This document shows, in pieces, positions 37,427 through 48,465 of a stretch of DNA of 64,000 nucleotides. Both the position numbers and the translations under genes were made by a program. Source of the stretch: Ilumatobacteraceae bacterium. Lineage in GTDB: Bacteria; Actinomycetota; Acidimicrobiia; Acidimicrobiales; Ilumatobacteraceae. The stretch is from the NCBI GenBank assembly GCA_963716665.1, contig CAVQTY010000006.1, positions 2,036-66,035 of the forward strand, read 5' to 3'. Under the pieces are notes generated by a model. That model had not been told where the DNA came from. It was given only the letters and a program-made list of their open reading frames with translations, and did no database searches. The stretch's first letter is position 1, and every line of letters starts with the position of its first letter.

Positions 37427-38461
37427 TCAATCCGACGGGGGTGGGGCGGCGGTCGACTGGCGCACGACGAGGTGCGGTGACAGCACGACGTCGCTGACCT
37501 CCTCGCGGTTGAGGTTCTCGTCGATCATCGTGAACAGCAGCTCAGCAGCCGACTCACCCATCTCCGCACCGTCCTGGCTGACCGTCGTCAGCGGCGGGAT
37601 GGTGAACGGGCTGATGTCGATGTCGTCGTAGCCAACGATCGACAGCTCGCCGGGAATCGCTGCCCCGGCCTGAAATGCAGCCTGCATCAGGCCGATCGCC
37701 GTCGTGTCCGACGTCGCATACATCGCCGTCGGCCGGCGGCCGGCGGCGAACTCGGTGAACATCCGCTGGCCCAACTCGTAGGCCGGGGCGGGTTCTTGAT
37801 CGGTGATGAACACCTGGATGCGGTCGCCGGCACCACGTTCGTGGAGGAACTGCTCGTAGCGATCGATGCGCAGCCGGCCGTCGTAGGTGCGGTTGTCCGA
37901 GACGCACACGATTGCGCGGTGACCGAGCTCCCACAGGTGCTCGAGGGCGAGGTCGGTACCGGCGACGCTGTCCGAGTACACGCCGGGGATCTGCCGCCGG
38001 GCCGTGCGGTCAGTGACCCCGACGATGAACCGGTGCTTCTCGGCGAGCAGGTCGAGCGCCGCCTCGCCCGACTCCGATGGGATGTCGCCCATCACGATGA
38101 TCCCGTCGGCGTGGGAGTTCTCGAACATCGAGCCGTAGGCGATCGCCGCCTCGGGCTGGTAGTCGACATGACCGAGGAACACGCGGTGATCGCGCTGACG
38201 GGCGACCTCATTGATGCCGCGCAGGATCTGGATGTGGAATGGGTCGCTCATGTCGCGAGCGATCACCCCGAGCAGTGAGCTGCGACTGCCGCGGAGACCG
38301 CGGGCGAGCAGGTTCGGTCGGTAGCCCAACTCGGCGGCGACGCCGAGGACACGGTCACGCGTCGTCTGGCGGATCGGCACCCCGGACTCCCGGTCGTTGA
38401 GGATCCGCGAGACGGTGGTGATCGACACCCCCGCCTCGGTTGCGACGTCCTTCAGCGTCAC
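37427..38461 (-). CDS. LacI family transcriptional regulator
   Basis: TLKDVATEAGVSITTVSRILN, LGYRPN, PPLTTV. Confidence 0.95.
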   Translation of the reverse strand: MTLKDVATEAGVSITTVSRILNDRESGVPIRQTTRDRVLGVAAELGYRPNLLARGLRGSRSSLLGVIARDMSDPFHIQILRGINEVARQRDHRVFLGHVDYQPEAAIAYGSMFENSHADGIIVMGDIPSESGEAALDLLAEKHRFIVGVTDRTARRQIPGVYSDSVAGTDLALEHLWELGHRAIVCVSDNRTYDGRLRIDRYEQFLHERGAGDRIQVFITDQEPAPAYELGQRMFTEFAAGRRPTAMYATSDTTAIGLMQAAFQAGAAIPGELSIVGYDDIDISPFTIPPLTTVSQDGAEMGESAAELLFTMIDENLNREEVSDVVLSPHLVVRQSTAAPPPSD

Positions 38462-38539
38462 CGGCCCGGCGTGACCACGAGCTCTGCCAGTCCTGTCCAG
38501 GGCACCCCTCCTCGGCTCCCCGGCAAGCTAGCCCTTGCA

Positions 38540-38570
38540 AGGCTTAACGTCAAGCGTTATCGTTAAGCCT
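38540..38570. promoter_or_regulatory. Inverted repeat, probable operator of the adjacent LacI
   Basis: AGGCTTAACG-N11-CGTTAAGCCT in the divergent intergenic region. Confidence 0.55.
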
Positions 38571-38629
38571 CACACGTCAAGCGTCATCGATGAGCGTGAC
38601 GACCAACGGCGAGATGGGGGACGTCTCGA

Positions 38630-39417
38630 ATGGCAGAGGAAACGAGCGGCGGGTTCCCCCGCTTCGATGTCGAACGGGCGGACCGCCCTGGTTACCGGGG
38701 CGGCCCGCGGGCTCGGGCGGACGACCGCCCTGGCGCTCGCCGACGCCGGCGCCGACGTCGCCCTTGGCCTGCGCGACGGCGCCGACGCCGCCGACCTCGA
38801 GGCAGGCGATCGCGGCGATGGGGCGGCGCAGCGTCCGCGTGGCAATGGATGTCCGCGACCTCGACCAGATCGCCGCCGCCGTCGACGACGTCGTCGCCGC
38901 CTTCGGACACCTGGACATCCTCGTCAACAATGCCGGGCTCGGACCGGAGAACAAGGCCGAGGACGTCACCGAGGCCGACTACGACCTGACATTCGACGTC
39001 AACGTCAAGGGCACGTTCTTCGCCAGCCAGGCGGCGGGCAAGGCGATGATCCGTCAGGGATTCGGGCGGATCATCAACCTCAGCTCGCAGGCCGGCTTCG
39101 TCGCCCTCCCGACTGAGTCGGTGTACTGCGCGACGAAGGCGGCGATCGCCCACCTGACGAAGTGCCTCGCCGTCGAGTGGGGCAGCCACGGCATCACCGT
39201 CAACGCCGTGGCGCCGACGTTCATCCGCACATCGGGTACCGAACCCGCCCTCGCCGATCCGGCGTTCCACGCCGACGTCGTCGAGCGCATCGCCGCCCTG
39301 CATCGCATCGGTGAACCGAATGACGTCGCTGGAGCTGTGGTGTTCCTCGCCTCGCCGGCCGCCGACTTGATCACCGGCACGACCCTGCTGATCGACGGTG
39401 GCTGGACCGCCCGCTAG
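38630..39417 (+). CDS. SDR family oxidoreductase (5' frameshifts)
   Basis: ALVTGAARGLG, DILVNNAG, YCATK, ITVNAVAP. Confidence 0.88.
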
Positions 39418-39424
39418 GCCCGAC

Positions 39425-40480
39425 GTGACGACTGAGCTCACCGCCGGGTCCGCCACGACCACCGGGACCGAGTCGACGACGGTCCCAGCGGCCGAGCGAC
39501 AGCGCAAGTGGCACCTCCCGGTCGGGCGTGGGCGAACTGCCTGGCGACGGATCCGCCAATCGGGGATCCTCCTCGCCCTGATCGCCCTGATCGCTGTCGG
39601 GGCACTGCTCTCGGACCACTTCTTCGAGTTCGACAACCTCGTCAACGTCTCCCGGCAGACGGCGATCGTCGGGCTGCTCGGCATCGGAATGACCTTCGTC
39701 ATCCTCACCGCCGGCATCGACCTCTCGGTCGGATCGATCGTCGGCTTCTCGGCGATCTCGTTCGCATCGGCGATGGAGAACGGGGCGCCGTGGCCGCTGG
39801 CGATGCTCATCGGCCTCGCCGCCGGGGCGCTGGCCGGGGCGATCAACGGCCTCGGCATCACCAAGGGACGGCTGCAGCCGTTCATCATGACCCTCGGCAT
39901 GCTCGTGATCGCCCGCGGCGTCACGATGACGTACGCCGACGGCAAGCCGATCCCCCTCGGCGACCAGGGCAATTCGTTCGCCTGGCTCGGTACCGGCGAG
40001 TGGCTCAAGCTGCCGGTGCCGGTGTGGATCCTCGCTCTGTTCGCCACCGTTGCTGCCGTCGTCCTGCGCTACACGCCGTTCGGCCGCCACGTGTACGCCG
40101 TCGGCGACAACCTCGAGGCGGCACGACTGTCGGGCATCAACACCAACCGGGTGATCTTCAGCGTCTACGTCATCAGCGGGTTCTGCGCGGCGATGACGGC
40201 GCTGATCATCGTGTCCCGGCTCACCGCAGGTGAGCCCAGCCAGGGCACCGGGTTCGAGCTCGACGCCATCGCCATCGTCGTCATCGGCGGAACGAGCCTG
40301 TTCGGCGGCGAGGGCGGGATCGGCGGGACGCTGATCGGCGCGGCCATCGTGGCCGTGATCGCCAACCTGCTCAACCTTCTCGGGGTCTCGCCGTTCTCCC
40401 AGCAGATCGTCAAGGGCCTGATCATTCTCGGCGCCGTGCTGCTCGAGCGGCAGACGGCCGGGAGGCGACGGGAGCAGTAA
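39425..40480 (+). CDS. Ribose-type ABC permease
   Basis: TAGIDLSVG, GRHVYAVGDN, ELDAIAIVVIGGTSLFGG. Confidence 0.93.
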   Translation: MTTELTAGSATTTGTESTTVPAAERQRKWHLPVGRGRTAWRRIRQSGILLALIALIAVGALLSDHFFEFDNLVNVSRQTAIVGLLGIGMTFVILTAGIDLSVGSIVGFSAISFASAMENGAPWPLAMLIGLAAGALAGAINGLGITKGRLQPFIMTLGMLVIARGVTMTYADGKPIPLGDQGNSFAWLGTGEWLKLPVPVWILALFATVAAVVLRYTPFGRHVYAVGDNLEAARLSGINTNRVIFSVYVISGFCAAMTALIIVSRLTAGEPSQGTGFELDAIAIVVIGGTSLFGGEGGIGGTLIGAAIVAVIANLLNLLGVSPFSQQIVKGLIILGAVLLERQTAGRRREQ

Positions 40481-40557
40481 GGGGAGTGCATGGACCGACC
40501 AACGGAGCAACCACCACGCGGCAGTTGCCGCAGCATCGACAACAGGAAGGAACGAAC

Positions 40558-41574
40558 GTGACAAGGATCCTGAGAATGGCCGCAGCGGTCGCGCTGCTGA
40601 TGGGAGTCGTCGTCGACGTCGACGGCGGGGGCCACGGCACCACCGACATCGCCGCCGGGCTCGGAGGCGCCCGGTCATCGGCGGCGACAGCCGACCTGTC
40701 GACCGGGGACGGGGCCACCATCGGCTTCTCCCAGGCGAACAACGGCGACGTCTGGCGAATCAACCAGACGAACCAGGTCGAGCAGTTCTGCGGAGAGCTG
40801 ATGCCCGACGCCGAGCTCATCGTCACCGACGGTCAGGGTGACGCCAGCAAGCAGTCGGCAGACGTCGACGACATGATTGCCCAAGGCATCGACGTGCTCC
40901 TGCTCACACCGCTCACGGCGGACGAGTTGACGCCGGCCGCGGAGCGGGCCCTCGCCGAGGGCATCCCGGTGATCACGATGGACCGCGCCGTCAGCGCCGA
41001 GGTGACCCAGCACATCGGCGCCGACAACAAGTTGATCGGTGAGACCGCCGCCCAATTCATCGCCGAGACTGTGCTCGGCGGCGAGCCCGGCAACATCATC
41101 GAGATCCAGGGAGTCCTCGGGGCATCGGCGACCACCGATCGCCACGACGCGTTCGTGGCCTGGCTGGAGGAGAACGCCCCTGACGTCGAGATCGTCGAGA
41201 GCCAGACCGGCGAGTACCGCCGGGAGCCTGCATTGACATTCATGAACGACATGCTCCAGCGCTTCGGCCCCGGCGAGTTCGACGTCGTGTACGCCCACAA
41301 CGACGAGATGGCGCTCGGCGCCGTGCAGGCGTTGGAGACGGCGGAGCGGCAGGACGAGGCGGTCGTCGTCGGCATCGACGGGCAGAACGAGGCGATCCAG
41401 GCGATCGCCGACGGGCGGATGGCCGCCACGTTCACCTACGACAACGCCGGCCAGCAGGCTTGCGAGTCGGCGCAGCAGCTGCTCAGCGGTCTGGAGATCG
41501 AGCCCGAGTGGGTGCTCGAGACGAACCAGATCGACGAGACCAACGCGGCAGAGTGGATCGGCAAGGGCTTCTGA
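40558..41574 (+). CDS. Ribose-type ABC substrate-binding protein
   Basis: IGFSQAN, KQSADVDDMIAQGID, YAHNDEMALGA; probable compensating frameshifts in the N-terminal linker. Confidence 0.9.
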   Translation: MTRILRMAAAVALLMGVVVDVDGGGHGTTDIAAGLGGARSSAATADLSTGDGATIGFSQANNGDVWRINQTNQVEQFCGELMPDAELIVTDGQGDASKQSADVDDMIAQGIDVLLLTPLTADELTPAAERALAEGIPVITMDRAVSAEVTQHIGADNKLIGETAAQFIAETVLGGEPGNIIEIQGVLGASATTDRHDAFVAWLEENAPDVEIVESQTGEYRREPALTFMNDMLQRFGPGEFDVVYAHNDEMALGAVQALETAERQDEAVVVGIDGQNEAIQAIADGRMAATFTYDNAGQQACESAQQLLSGLEIEPEWVLETNQIDETNAAEWIGKGF

Positions 41575-41592
41575 TCAACCCGGCGATGAGCG

Positions 41593-43108
41593 ATGACAGC
41601 CACTGAGCCCGTCATCGCTCATCGCGAGTTGGTGTTGTCGATGCGGGGCATCGGCAAGTCGTTTCCGGGCGTGCGCGCCCTCGACGACGTCGACATCGAC
41701 GTGCTCGCCGGCGAGGTCCTCGGACTCGTCGGCGAGAACGGTGCCGGCAAGTCGACATTGATGAAGATCCTCGCCGGCGCCTACAGGCGCGACGAGGGCG
41801 AGGTCACCGTCGCCGGTGAGGCCGTCGGCGACGCCGATCCCCACGAGATGATGCAGCGCGGCGTCGCCGTCATCTACCAGGAGCCGGCCCTCGCCGATCA
41901 CCTCACAACGGCGGAGAACATCTTCATGGGGCGGCTCCCGACGAACCGCCTCGGGCTCGTCGACTGGAGAAGACTCGTCGCCGACACCGAGCAACTGTCC
42001 CGTCGACTCGGCCTCGCCCTCGAACCGCGCGTGCCCGTTGGACGGTTGAGCGTCGCCCGCCGGCAGATGGTCGAGATCGCCAAGGCGTTGTCACGCGACG
42101 CCCGCCTGATCGTCCTCGACGAGCCGTCGGCTGTGCTCGGCGACGCCGAGCTGCAGGGCTTGTTCACCGTGATCCGCCGGCTCGCCACCAAGGGCACGTC
42201 ATTCATCTACATCTCCCACCGGCTCGGCGAGGTGTTCAAGATCACCGAGCGGGTGACCGTGATGAAGGACGGCCACGTCGTCGCCACCGAGCCGACAGCG
42301 ACGCTGTCTCCGGCACAACTCGTGCGGCTGATGGTCGGCCGTGACGTCCTTGCCGAAGTCGATCGCCGGCCAGTTCCTCCGGGCGAGGAAGCACTCGCCG
42401 TCCGCGGTCTCACCCGCTCCGGCGTCATCGCCGATGTCGACCTGCACGTTCGCAGCGGCGAGATCCTCGGCATCGCCGGCCTCGCCGGCGCCGGTCGCAC
42501 GGAGGTGCTGCGGGCGATCTTCGGCGCCGACCCGATCGACGCCGGCGAGATCACCGTGTTCGGCCGGCCGGCGCGCATCCGCAAACCGCGAGACGCCGTC
42601 GCCCTCGGCATCGGGTTGCTCACCGAGGACCGCAAGGCGGACGGCCTCCTCCTGCTGCAGTCGCTGGCCTTCAACGTGACGATCACCCAGCTCGGCGACG
42701 TGTCGAACGGCCGCGTCCTCAACCACAGCAAGGAACGCCGCTCCGTGCGGCGCCACATCGAGCGCCTCGCCATCCGCACCACCGGCCCCTCGGCGATGGT
42801 CCGCAACCTCAGCGGTGGCAACCAGCAGAAGACGATCTTCGCCAAGTGGTTGCACGCCCGCTGCCGAATCCTGCTCATCGACGAGCCGACCCGCGGCGTC
42901 GACGTTGGCGCCAAACAGGAGATCTACGCGCTTGCTCGCCGCGCTGGCATCGAGCGGCGTGGCGATCGTGATGGTGTCGTCTGAACTGCCCGAGATCCTC
43001 GCCGTGAGCGACCGGGTCATGGTGATGCGCGAGGGCCGGGTCACCGCCGAGCTCTCCCGCGCCGAGGCGACCGAGGAAAGGATCATGCACCATGCCACCC
43101 ACGGCTGA
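41593..43108 (+). CDS. Sugar ABC ATP-binding protein (frameshift near 42930)
   Basis: [27 protein letters not shown]; the tail VSSELPEIL is in the next frame. Confidence 0.92.
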
Positions 43109-44168
43109 AGCTGTCGAAGCGGACTTCGGCCGGCCATTCCTCACCGTGTTCGGGCGCGGGCTCATCGATGAGCTGGCGAACTTCGTTCACACTCCGTACC
43201 TCGTCGTGACGATGGCCGACCTGTGGCCGATGTTCGAGGCCTCGCTCACCGGCCCGTCATTGGCTGGAGTGCACTTCGTCGACACGATCGAGCTGGAGCA
43301 CCTGGACCGCGCCCTCGACGGCCTGCCTCAGTCGGCGAGCGTGATCGGCCTCGGCGGCGGGCAAGCGATCGATGTCGCCAAGTTCTTCGCTTGGCGGCGC
43401 CGGCTCCCGCTGTTTCAGGTGCCGACCGCTCTGACGGTGAACGCTCCGTGGGGGCATCGGGCGGGGCTACGTCGTGGCGGTCTCGTGCGCTATCTCGGCT
43501 GGGCGGTGCCCGAATCGGTGTACATCGACTTCGACGTGATCCAGGCGGCACCGCCGGCGCTCAACCGCAGCGGCGTCGGCGACGTGCTCTGCTACCACAC
43601 GGCGCACCACGACTGGCGACTCGCCCACGAGCTCGGCAAGGTCGAGGCCCGCTGGCCCTACGACGAGCGACTCGTTGCCGCCGCCCGCGTGCGCCTCGAC
43701 GCCGTCCTCGACCGGCTCGACGACATCCGCGAGGTCACCGAGGAGGGGATCCGCACGCTCGCCATGGCCCATCGCTGGGGCGGCTCGACGTTCCACGACT
43801 CGGGTTGGAACCCCCGCCACATCGAAGGGGTCGACCACTTCCTGTTCTACAACCTCGAGCGGATCACTGGCCGGCACTTCATCCACGGCCAGCCGGTCGG
43901 GTTGGGCATCTACGTCGGCGCGCTGTGGCAGGACAACGACGCCGACAAGATCCTCACGGCTCTCCACCGGGCAGGCGTCGACATCCGTCCGCAGGCGATG
44001 GGTATCACCTGGGACGACGTCGCCGAAGCGGTCCGCACGCTGCCCGCCTACGTGCGCGAGGCCGGGCTGTGGTTCACCGTCGTCGATGCCGTACCGGTCG
44101 ACGCCTCACTCGTCGCCGGGGCGCGGGCGGGTGTCGAGGCGACCTACGGGCCGTGGGGCGGCGGCTGA
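43092..44168 (+). CDS. Glycerol-1-phosphate dehydrogenase-like (EgsA/AraM; DHQS/Fe-ADH superfamily)
   Basis: [33 protein letters not shown]...[11 protein letters not shown]. Confidence 0.8.
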   Translation: MPPTAEAVEADFGRPFLTVFGRGLIDELANFVHTPYLVVTMADLWPMFEASLTGPSLAGVHFVDTIELEHLDRALDGLPQSASVIGLGGGQAIDVAKFFAWRRRLPLFQVPTALTVNAPWGHRAGLRRGGLVRYLGWAVPESVYIDFDVIQAAPPALNRSGVGDVLCYHTAHHDWRLAHELGKVEARWPYDERLVAAARVRLDAVLDRLDDIREVTEEGIRTLAMAHRWGGSTFHDSGWNPRHIEGVDHFLFYNLERITGRHFIHGQPVGLGIYVGALWQDNDADKILTALHRAGVDIRPQAMGITWDDVAEAVRTLPAYVREAGLWFTVVDAVPVDASLVAGARAGVEATYGPWGGG

Positions 44169-45055
44169 TGCGTGTCGGGCTGACGCTCCCGCAGGGGTGC
44201 GATCGCGAGTATCTCGGGCTCGATGCCGCGACGGCCTGGCAGCGCACGGTCGAGGTCGCCCAGCGCGCCGAGGAGGCCGGGTTCGACTCGCTGTGGGCGT
44301 ACGACCACTTCCAGGTCGACCCACCGCCCGAGGAGGCGATCGTCTTCGATCCGCTCTGCGAGCTGTCGGCGTTGGCGACGGTCACGACGCGGGCGCTACT
44401 CGGCACGCTCGTCGCCGCAGCCGCGTATCGCAACGCGGCATTGACGGCGAAGATGTTCTCGACGATCGATGTGATCAGCGGCGGCCGGGCTGTGCTCGGC
44501 ATCGGCGCCGGATGGAAGGAGGACGAATGGCTGGCCTACGGCTACGGCTTCCCGTCGCCGTCGACCCGCCTCGCCATCCTCCGTGATCACCTCGAGATCA
44601 TCACCCGCATGCTCGGCGCCGGACGGGCGACCTACACGGGTGAGCACGCCCACGTGATCGATGCGATCCACGAGCCCAAGGGTCTGCAGCAACCGCGTAT
44701 CGCGGTGATGGTCGGCGGCAACGGGCCGGAGGTCACGTGGCGGTTGGCAGCGCGCTTCGCCGACAAGCTCAACCTCGACGCCTTGCCGCCGGCGGCCGTC
44801 GACAAAGCGTTGCCAGTGATCGCCTCGCGCTGCGCGGAGGTCGGCCGCGACCCAGCGACGCTGCCCGTCTCGGCCCACCTGTGGGGACCGGCCATGGACG
44901 ACGTCTCACCGGGTACCTCCCGCCAGCGTCGCCTGCGCGAGTACGCCGACCTCGGCCTCGAGCGGGTCATCGTCCAAGGCTTCGCCGCCGTCAGCGATCC
45001 CGACGCGCTGGAGTCGCTGATCGACGACTGCGGCGCCGCCGGACTGCTCGTCTGA
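44168..45055 (+). CDS. LLM class (probably F420-dependent) oxidoreductase
   Basis: GFDSLWAYDHF, YRNAALTAK, SGGRAVLGIGAGW, MVGGNG. Confidence 0.9.
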   Translation: MRVGLTLPQGCDREYLGLDAATAWQRTVEVAQRAEEAGFDSLWAYDHFQVDPPPEEAIVFDPLCELSALATVTTRALLGTLVAAAAYRNAALTAKMFSTIDVISGGRAVLGIGAGWKEDEWLAYGYGFPSPSTRLAILRDHLEIITRMLGAGRATYTGEHAHVIDAIHEPKGLQQPRIAVMVGGNGPEVTWRLAARFADKLNLDALPPAAVDKALPVIASRCAEVGRDPATLPVSAHLWGPAMDDVSPGTSRQRRLREYADLGLERVIVQGFAAVSDPDALESLIDDCGAAGLLV

Positions 45056-45108
45056 GGGAGCACTGAGTTAGCCGCCATCGGTCGTCAGTTCGACGGAGTG
45101 CAGGCCCG

Positions 45109-45456
45109 TCAGGCTGACGTTGTCGCCAAGTCGGACTTCAGGGTGCTGAGGAGTTCGACGGCGGATCGTGCGTACTCGCCGATCCAGCGCTCGTGGATGA
45201 GCGTGATTGGCAGCACGTCGAGGTAGTTCCAGCGCTCGCGGCCCTTGCGCTGGGTGACAACGAGGCCCGCTCGTTCGAGGACGGCGAGGTGCTGCATCGT
45301 CGTGCACCGATCCAGTGCCGGAAAGTTGGCGCACACGTCGCCAGTTGTCCGGGGGTGATCCCTGAGCAGGTCGAGAATCCTTCGGCGAGTGGTGCTGGAG
45401 AGCGCCTTGAACACCCGATCGAACTCGTCGTCGTCAACCGGCGCCTTGCGGGTCAT
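45109..45456 (-). CDS. ArsR/SmtB family regulator
   Basis: VFKALSSTTRRRILDLL...QHLAVLERAGLV...GRERW. Confidence 0.92.
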   Translation of the reverse strand: MTRKAPVDDDEFDRVFKALSSTTRRRILDLLRDHPRTTGDVCANFPALDRCTTMQHLAVLERAGLVVTQRKGRERWNYLDVLPITLIHERWIGEYARSAVELLSTLKSDLATTSA

Positions 45457-45475
45457 GTTATAACTCTATAACATG
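45454..45475. promoter_or_regulatory. Perfect 9-4-9 inverted repeat, ArsR operator
   Basis: CATGTTATA-ACTC-TATAACATG between the divergent arsR and SRPBCC genes. Confidence 0.75.
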
Positions 45476-45499
45476 TAGAGCGCACGAAGGGAGGATGTC

Positions 45500-45952
45500 A
45501 TGGCGTTGACATTCAAGGTGTCCGGGCGCATCGCCCATCCGGTACACGACGTGTTCGAAGCGGTCGCTGACCCCGACCAGCTGTCGAGCTATTTCACAAC
45601 CAACGGGGCCAAGGGCCGACTGGAGACCGGCGCCACCGTTGTCTGGGACTTCGCTGACTTTCCGGGAGCCTTCCCAGTCCATGTCGTCGACGTCGAACAG
45701 GACCGGCGGATCGTGCTGCGCTGGCAGGCCGCCGACGATTCGAGCGATCCCTACGAGACGACCGTGACGATCGAGTTCGAGCCACTCGACGACGGGCGCA
45801 CGCTCGTCACGATCGCCGAGGAAGGCTGGCGCGACACAGACGCCGCCCAACAGGCGTCATACGGCAACTGCGAGGGGTGGACCGGCATGCTGTGCGCGAT
45901 GAAGGTCTGGCTCGAGCATGGAATCAATCTGCGCGACGGCTTCTACAAGTAG
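45500..45952 (+). CDS. SRPBCC/Aha1 domain protein
   Basis: VFEAVADPDQLSSYF, IVLRW, TLVTIAEEGW, GWTGML. Confidence 0.9.
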   Translation: MALTFKVSGRIAHPVHDVFEAVADPDQLSSYFTTNGAKGRLETGATVVWDFADFPGAFPVHVVDVEQDRRIVLRWQAADDSSDPYETTVTIEFEPLDDGRTLVTIAEEGWRDTDAAQQASYGNCEGWTGMLCAMKVWLEHGINLRDGFYK

Positions 45953-46080
45953 CACCACACCCACCGCACGCCTCGCCAGCCAGCGCATTGCAGAGCGACG
46001 AACGTCACGTCCTAAATGAACCGCCTGTCACCGATCGAGGTAGTAACAACGGACATCGACTGGTCGTCGGCGAGGTGGCA

Positions 46081-47499
46081 ATGGCAACGATAGTGGTGCT
46101 TGGTGCGGGCATGAATGGCCTCGCCCTGGCGATGCTGCTGGCGAAGGATGGGCACCACGTCACCGTGCTCGAGCGCGACGCCGACGAACCCGTTGACGAT
46201 CCGGAAGAGGCCTGGAAGGGTTGGGAGCGCCGCGGCGTCGGGCAGTTCCGCATGCTCCATATCATGCTGCCCCGGTGGCGCGCCGAGATCGAAGCTGAGC
46301 TTCCCGAGGTGCTCACCGAACTGGAGGCTCGCGGTGGTTTGCGCTTCAACGCCCTCACCTCTCTACCCGCCGAGTTCACCGGCGGGTCCCGTCCCGGCGA
46401 TGAGCGGTTTGACACAGTGACCGCGAGACGGCCGGTGCTCGAAGGTGCCGTCGCTGCCGTTGTCCGCCGGACGCCAGGAGTCCAGGTCCGTCGCGGAGTC
46501 GCTGTGAGCGGACTCAGCACCAACGACCACCGCCGATCCGGAATCCCCCACGTCACCGGCGTCGTCACCGAGCACGACGGGATGATCGCCGCCGACCTCG
46601 TCGTCGACGCCGGCGGGCGTCGCTCTGCCCTGCCCGTGTGGCTCGAGGCGATCGGTGCCCGGCAGCCCACCGAGGAGCGCGAGGACAGCGGGTTCGTGTA
46701 CTACGGGCGACACTTCCGCTCCCCGGATGGCAGCGTGCCGCCGTGCAAGAACCGGATCCTCACCCACCACGACTCATTGAGCGTCCTCACCCTCCCCGCC
46801 GACAACGGCACCTGGGGCGTCGGCTTGATCGCCAGCGCCAGAGACAAGGAGCTGCGGCCGCTGCGCGACACCGCCACCTGGGAACGGGCGCTCGCCGAGT
46901 ACCCAATGGCCGCCCACTGGATGGACGGAGAGCCGATCTCCGACGGCGTGGCGATCATGGCGGCGATCGAGGATCGCTACCGCTCCTACGTCGTTGACGG
47001 CGACCCAGTCGTCACCGGTGTGGTCGCTGTCGGCGACTCGTGGTCGTGTACCAACCCGTCGCTGGGCCGCGGCACCTCGATCGGGATCCTCCACGCCAAA
47101 GCGCTGCGGGACGTGCTGCACGAGATCGACACCGCCGACCAGGAGCTGCTCGTGCGGCGGTTTGACGAGTTGACCCGCAACGAGATCGAGCCCTGGTACC
47201 GGCGCACGCTGAAATTCGACCGACATCGCCTCGCCGAGATCGAGGCGGACATCGCCGGCCACCCGTACGAGACCGACGATCCTGTCTGGCAGATCAGCAA
47301 GGCGTGGACAGTGGCCAGCACGGTCGACGGCGAGGTCTACCGGACATACGCGCCACTGCTGGCGTTGCAGTCGACACCAGAGGAGGAGCTGGCAGCTCCC
47401 GGTCTGCTCGACCGGATCATCGCCGCGTCGGCAGGGCTGCCGCAATATCCCGACCCGGGACCAAACCGGGCAGCCCTCCTGAACGCGATCGCTGCATAA
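46081..47499 (+). CDS. FAD-dependent oxidoreductase
   Basis: VVLGAGMNG, VTVLERD, DLVVDAGGR, VGDS...NPSLGRG. Confidence 0.9.
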   Translation: MATIVVLGAGMNGLALAMLLAKDGHHVTVLERDADEPVDDPEEAWKGWERRGVGQFRMLHIMLPRWRAEIEAELPEVLTELEARGGLRFNALTSLPAEFTGGSRPGDERFDTVTARRPVLEGAVAAVVRRTPGVQVRRGVAVSGLSTNDHRRSGIPHVTGVVTEHDGMIAADLVVDAGGRRSALPVWLEAIGARQPTEEREDSGFVYYGRHFRSPDGSVPPCKNRILTHHDSLSVLTLPADNGTWGVGLIASARDKELRPLRDTATWERALAEYPMAAHWMDGEPISDGVAIMAAIEDRYRSYVVDGDPVVTGVVAVGDSWSCTNPSLGRGTSIGILHAKALRDVLHEIDTADQELLVRRFDELTRNEIEPWYRRTLKFDRHRLAEIEADIAGHPYETDDPVWQISKAWTVASTVDGEVYRTYAPLLALQSTPEEELAAPGLLDRIIAASAGLPQYPDPGPNRAALLNAIAA

Positions 47500-47506
47500 C
47501 GGCCGG

Positions 47507-48337
47507 GTGATGATGCGCATCGCGACCAACGATGTCACGCTGGAGGTCGCCGTCGATGGTGATCGAAGCGATCCGGCAGTACTGCTGCTGCACGGCTGGC
47601 CCGATACGCATGCCATGTGGCGACACCAGGTAGGCGCCCTGGTCGACGCCGGCTACCAGACGATCGCCCCGGACCTGCGCGGCTTCGGGGAGAGCGACAA
47701 GCCAGACGCGGTCGACGCCTACGGCCTGCTCGACCTCGCCGCCGACATCACCGGTGTTCTCGATCACCTCGCCGTCGAGCGGGCGCACGTGGTCGGCCAC
47801 GACTGGGGTGCTGCCCTTGGATGGGTGATCGCCGCATTCGCCCCCGACCGGGTCGCCAGCCTCGCCGCGCTGTCGGTCGGCCACCCTCAATCGTTCGGCG
47901 GCGCTGGCCTGGCCCAGCGGGAGAAGTCGTGGTACATGCTCCTGTTCCAGTTCGAGGGTGTCGCCGAGGAGTGGCTGAGCAAGGACGGGTTCGCCAACCT
48001 CAGGCAATGGTCAGGTCACCCCGATGCCGACGAGGTCGTCAGTCGTCTGTCCGACCCGGCCGCGCTGAGCGCCAGCCTGGCGATCTACCGCGCCAACCTG
48101 CCACCGCAGTCGCTGGTGACCCCAGCATTGGAGTTTCCGCCGGTGCAGTGCCCGACGCTGGGGATCTGGAGCACCGGCGACGTCGCTCTCACCGAACGGC
48201 AGATGGTCGACTCGGCGAGCTACGTCAGTGGGAGCTGGCGGTACGAGCAGATCGACGGCTCCGGCCACTGGATCCCATTGGACGCGCCGGCCGAGGTCAA
48301 CGCGCTCCTCCTCGATCACCTCGCCGCGGCGACCTGA
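47507..48337 (+). CDS. Alpha/beta hydrolase (epoxide hydrolase-like)
   Basis: HGWP, PDLRGFG, GHDWGA nucleophile motif, GHW. Confidence 0.92.
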   Translation: MMMRIATNDVTLEVAVDGDRSDPAVLLLHGWPDTHAMWRHQVGALVDAGYQTIAPDLRGFGESDKPDAVDAYGLLDLAADITGVLDHLAVERAHVVGHDWGAALGWVIAAFAPDRVASLAALSVGHPQSFGGAGLAQREKSWYMLLFQFEGVAEEWLSKDGFANLRQWSGHPDADEVVSRLSDPAALSASLAIYRANLPPQSLVTPALEFPPVQCPTLGIWSTGDVALTERQMVDSASYVSGSWRYEQIDGSGHWIPLDAPAEVNALLLDHLAAAT

Positions 48338-48453
48338 ACCGACGGACGCCCGGCTCGAGGCGACTCTGAGGCCGCGAACCGGTCACTACTGACCGCTTTG
48401 CGGCACCAGAACCCCGGAAATCCGACGAGAGCCGACAACACCCATCGGTCGTC
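48337..48453. repeat. Degenerate longer REP-like element between convergent genes
   Basis: Right arm AACACCCATCGGTCGTC is identical to the 37.4-kb element; left arm ACCGACGGACGCC is degenerate. Confidence 0.5.
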
Positions 48454-48465
48454 CGCCGCCCTGAG

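Noticed and set aside
43092-44168. Evidence for archaeal-type G1P lipids
   Set aside because: No GGGP/DGGGP synthase genes nearby; the context is sugar catabolism.
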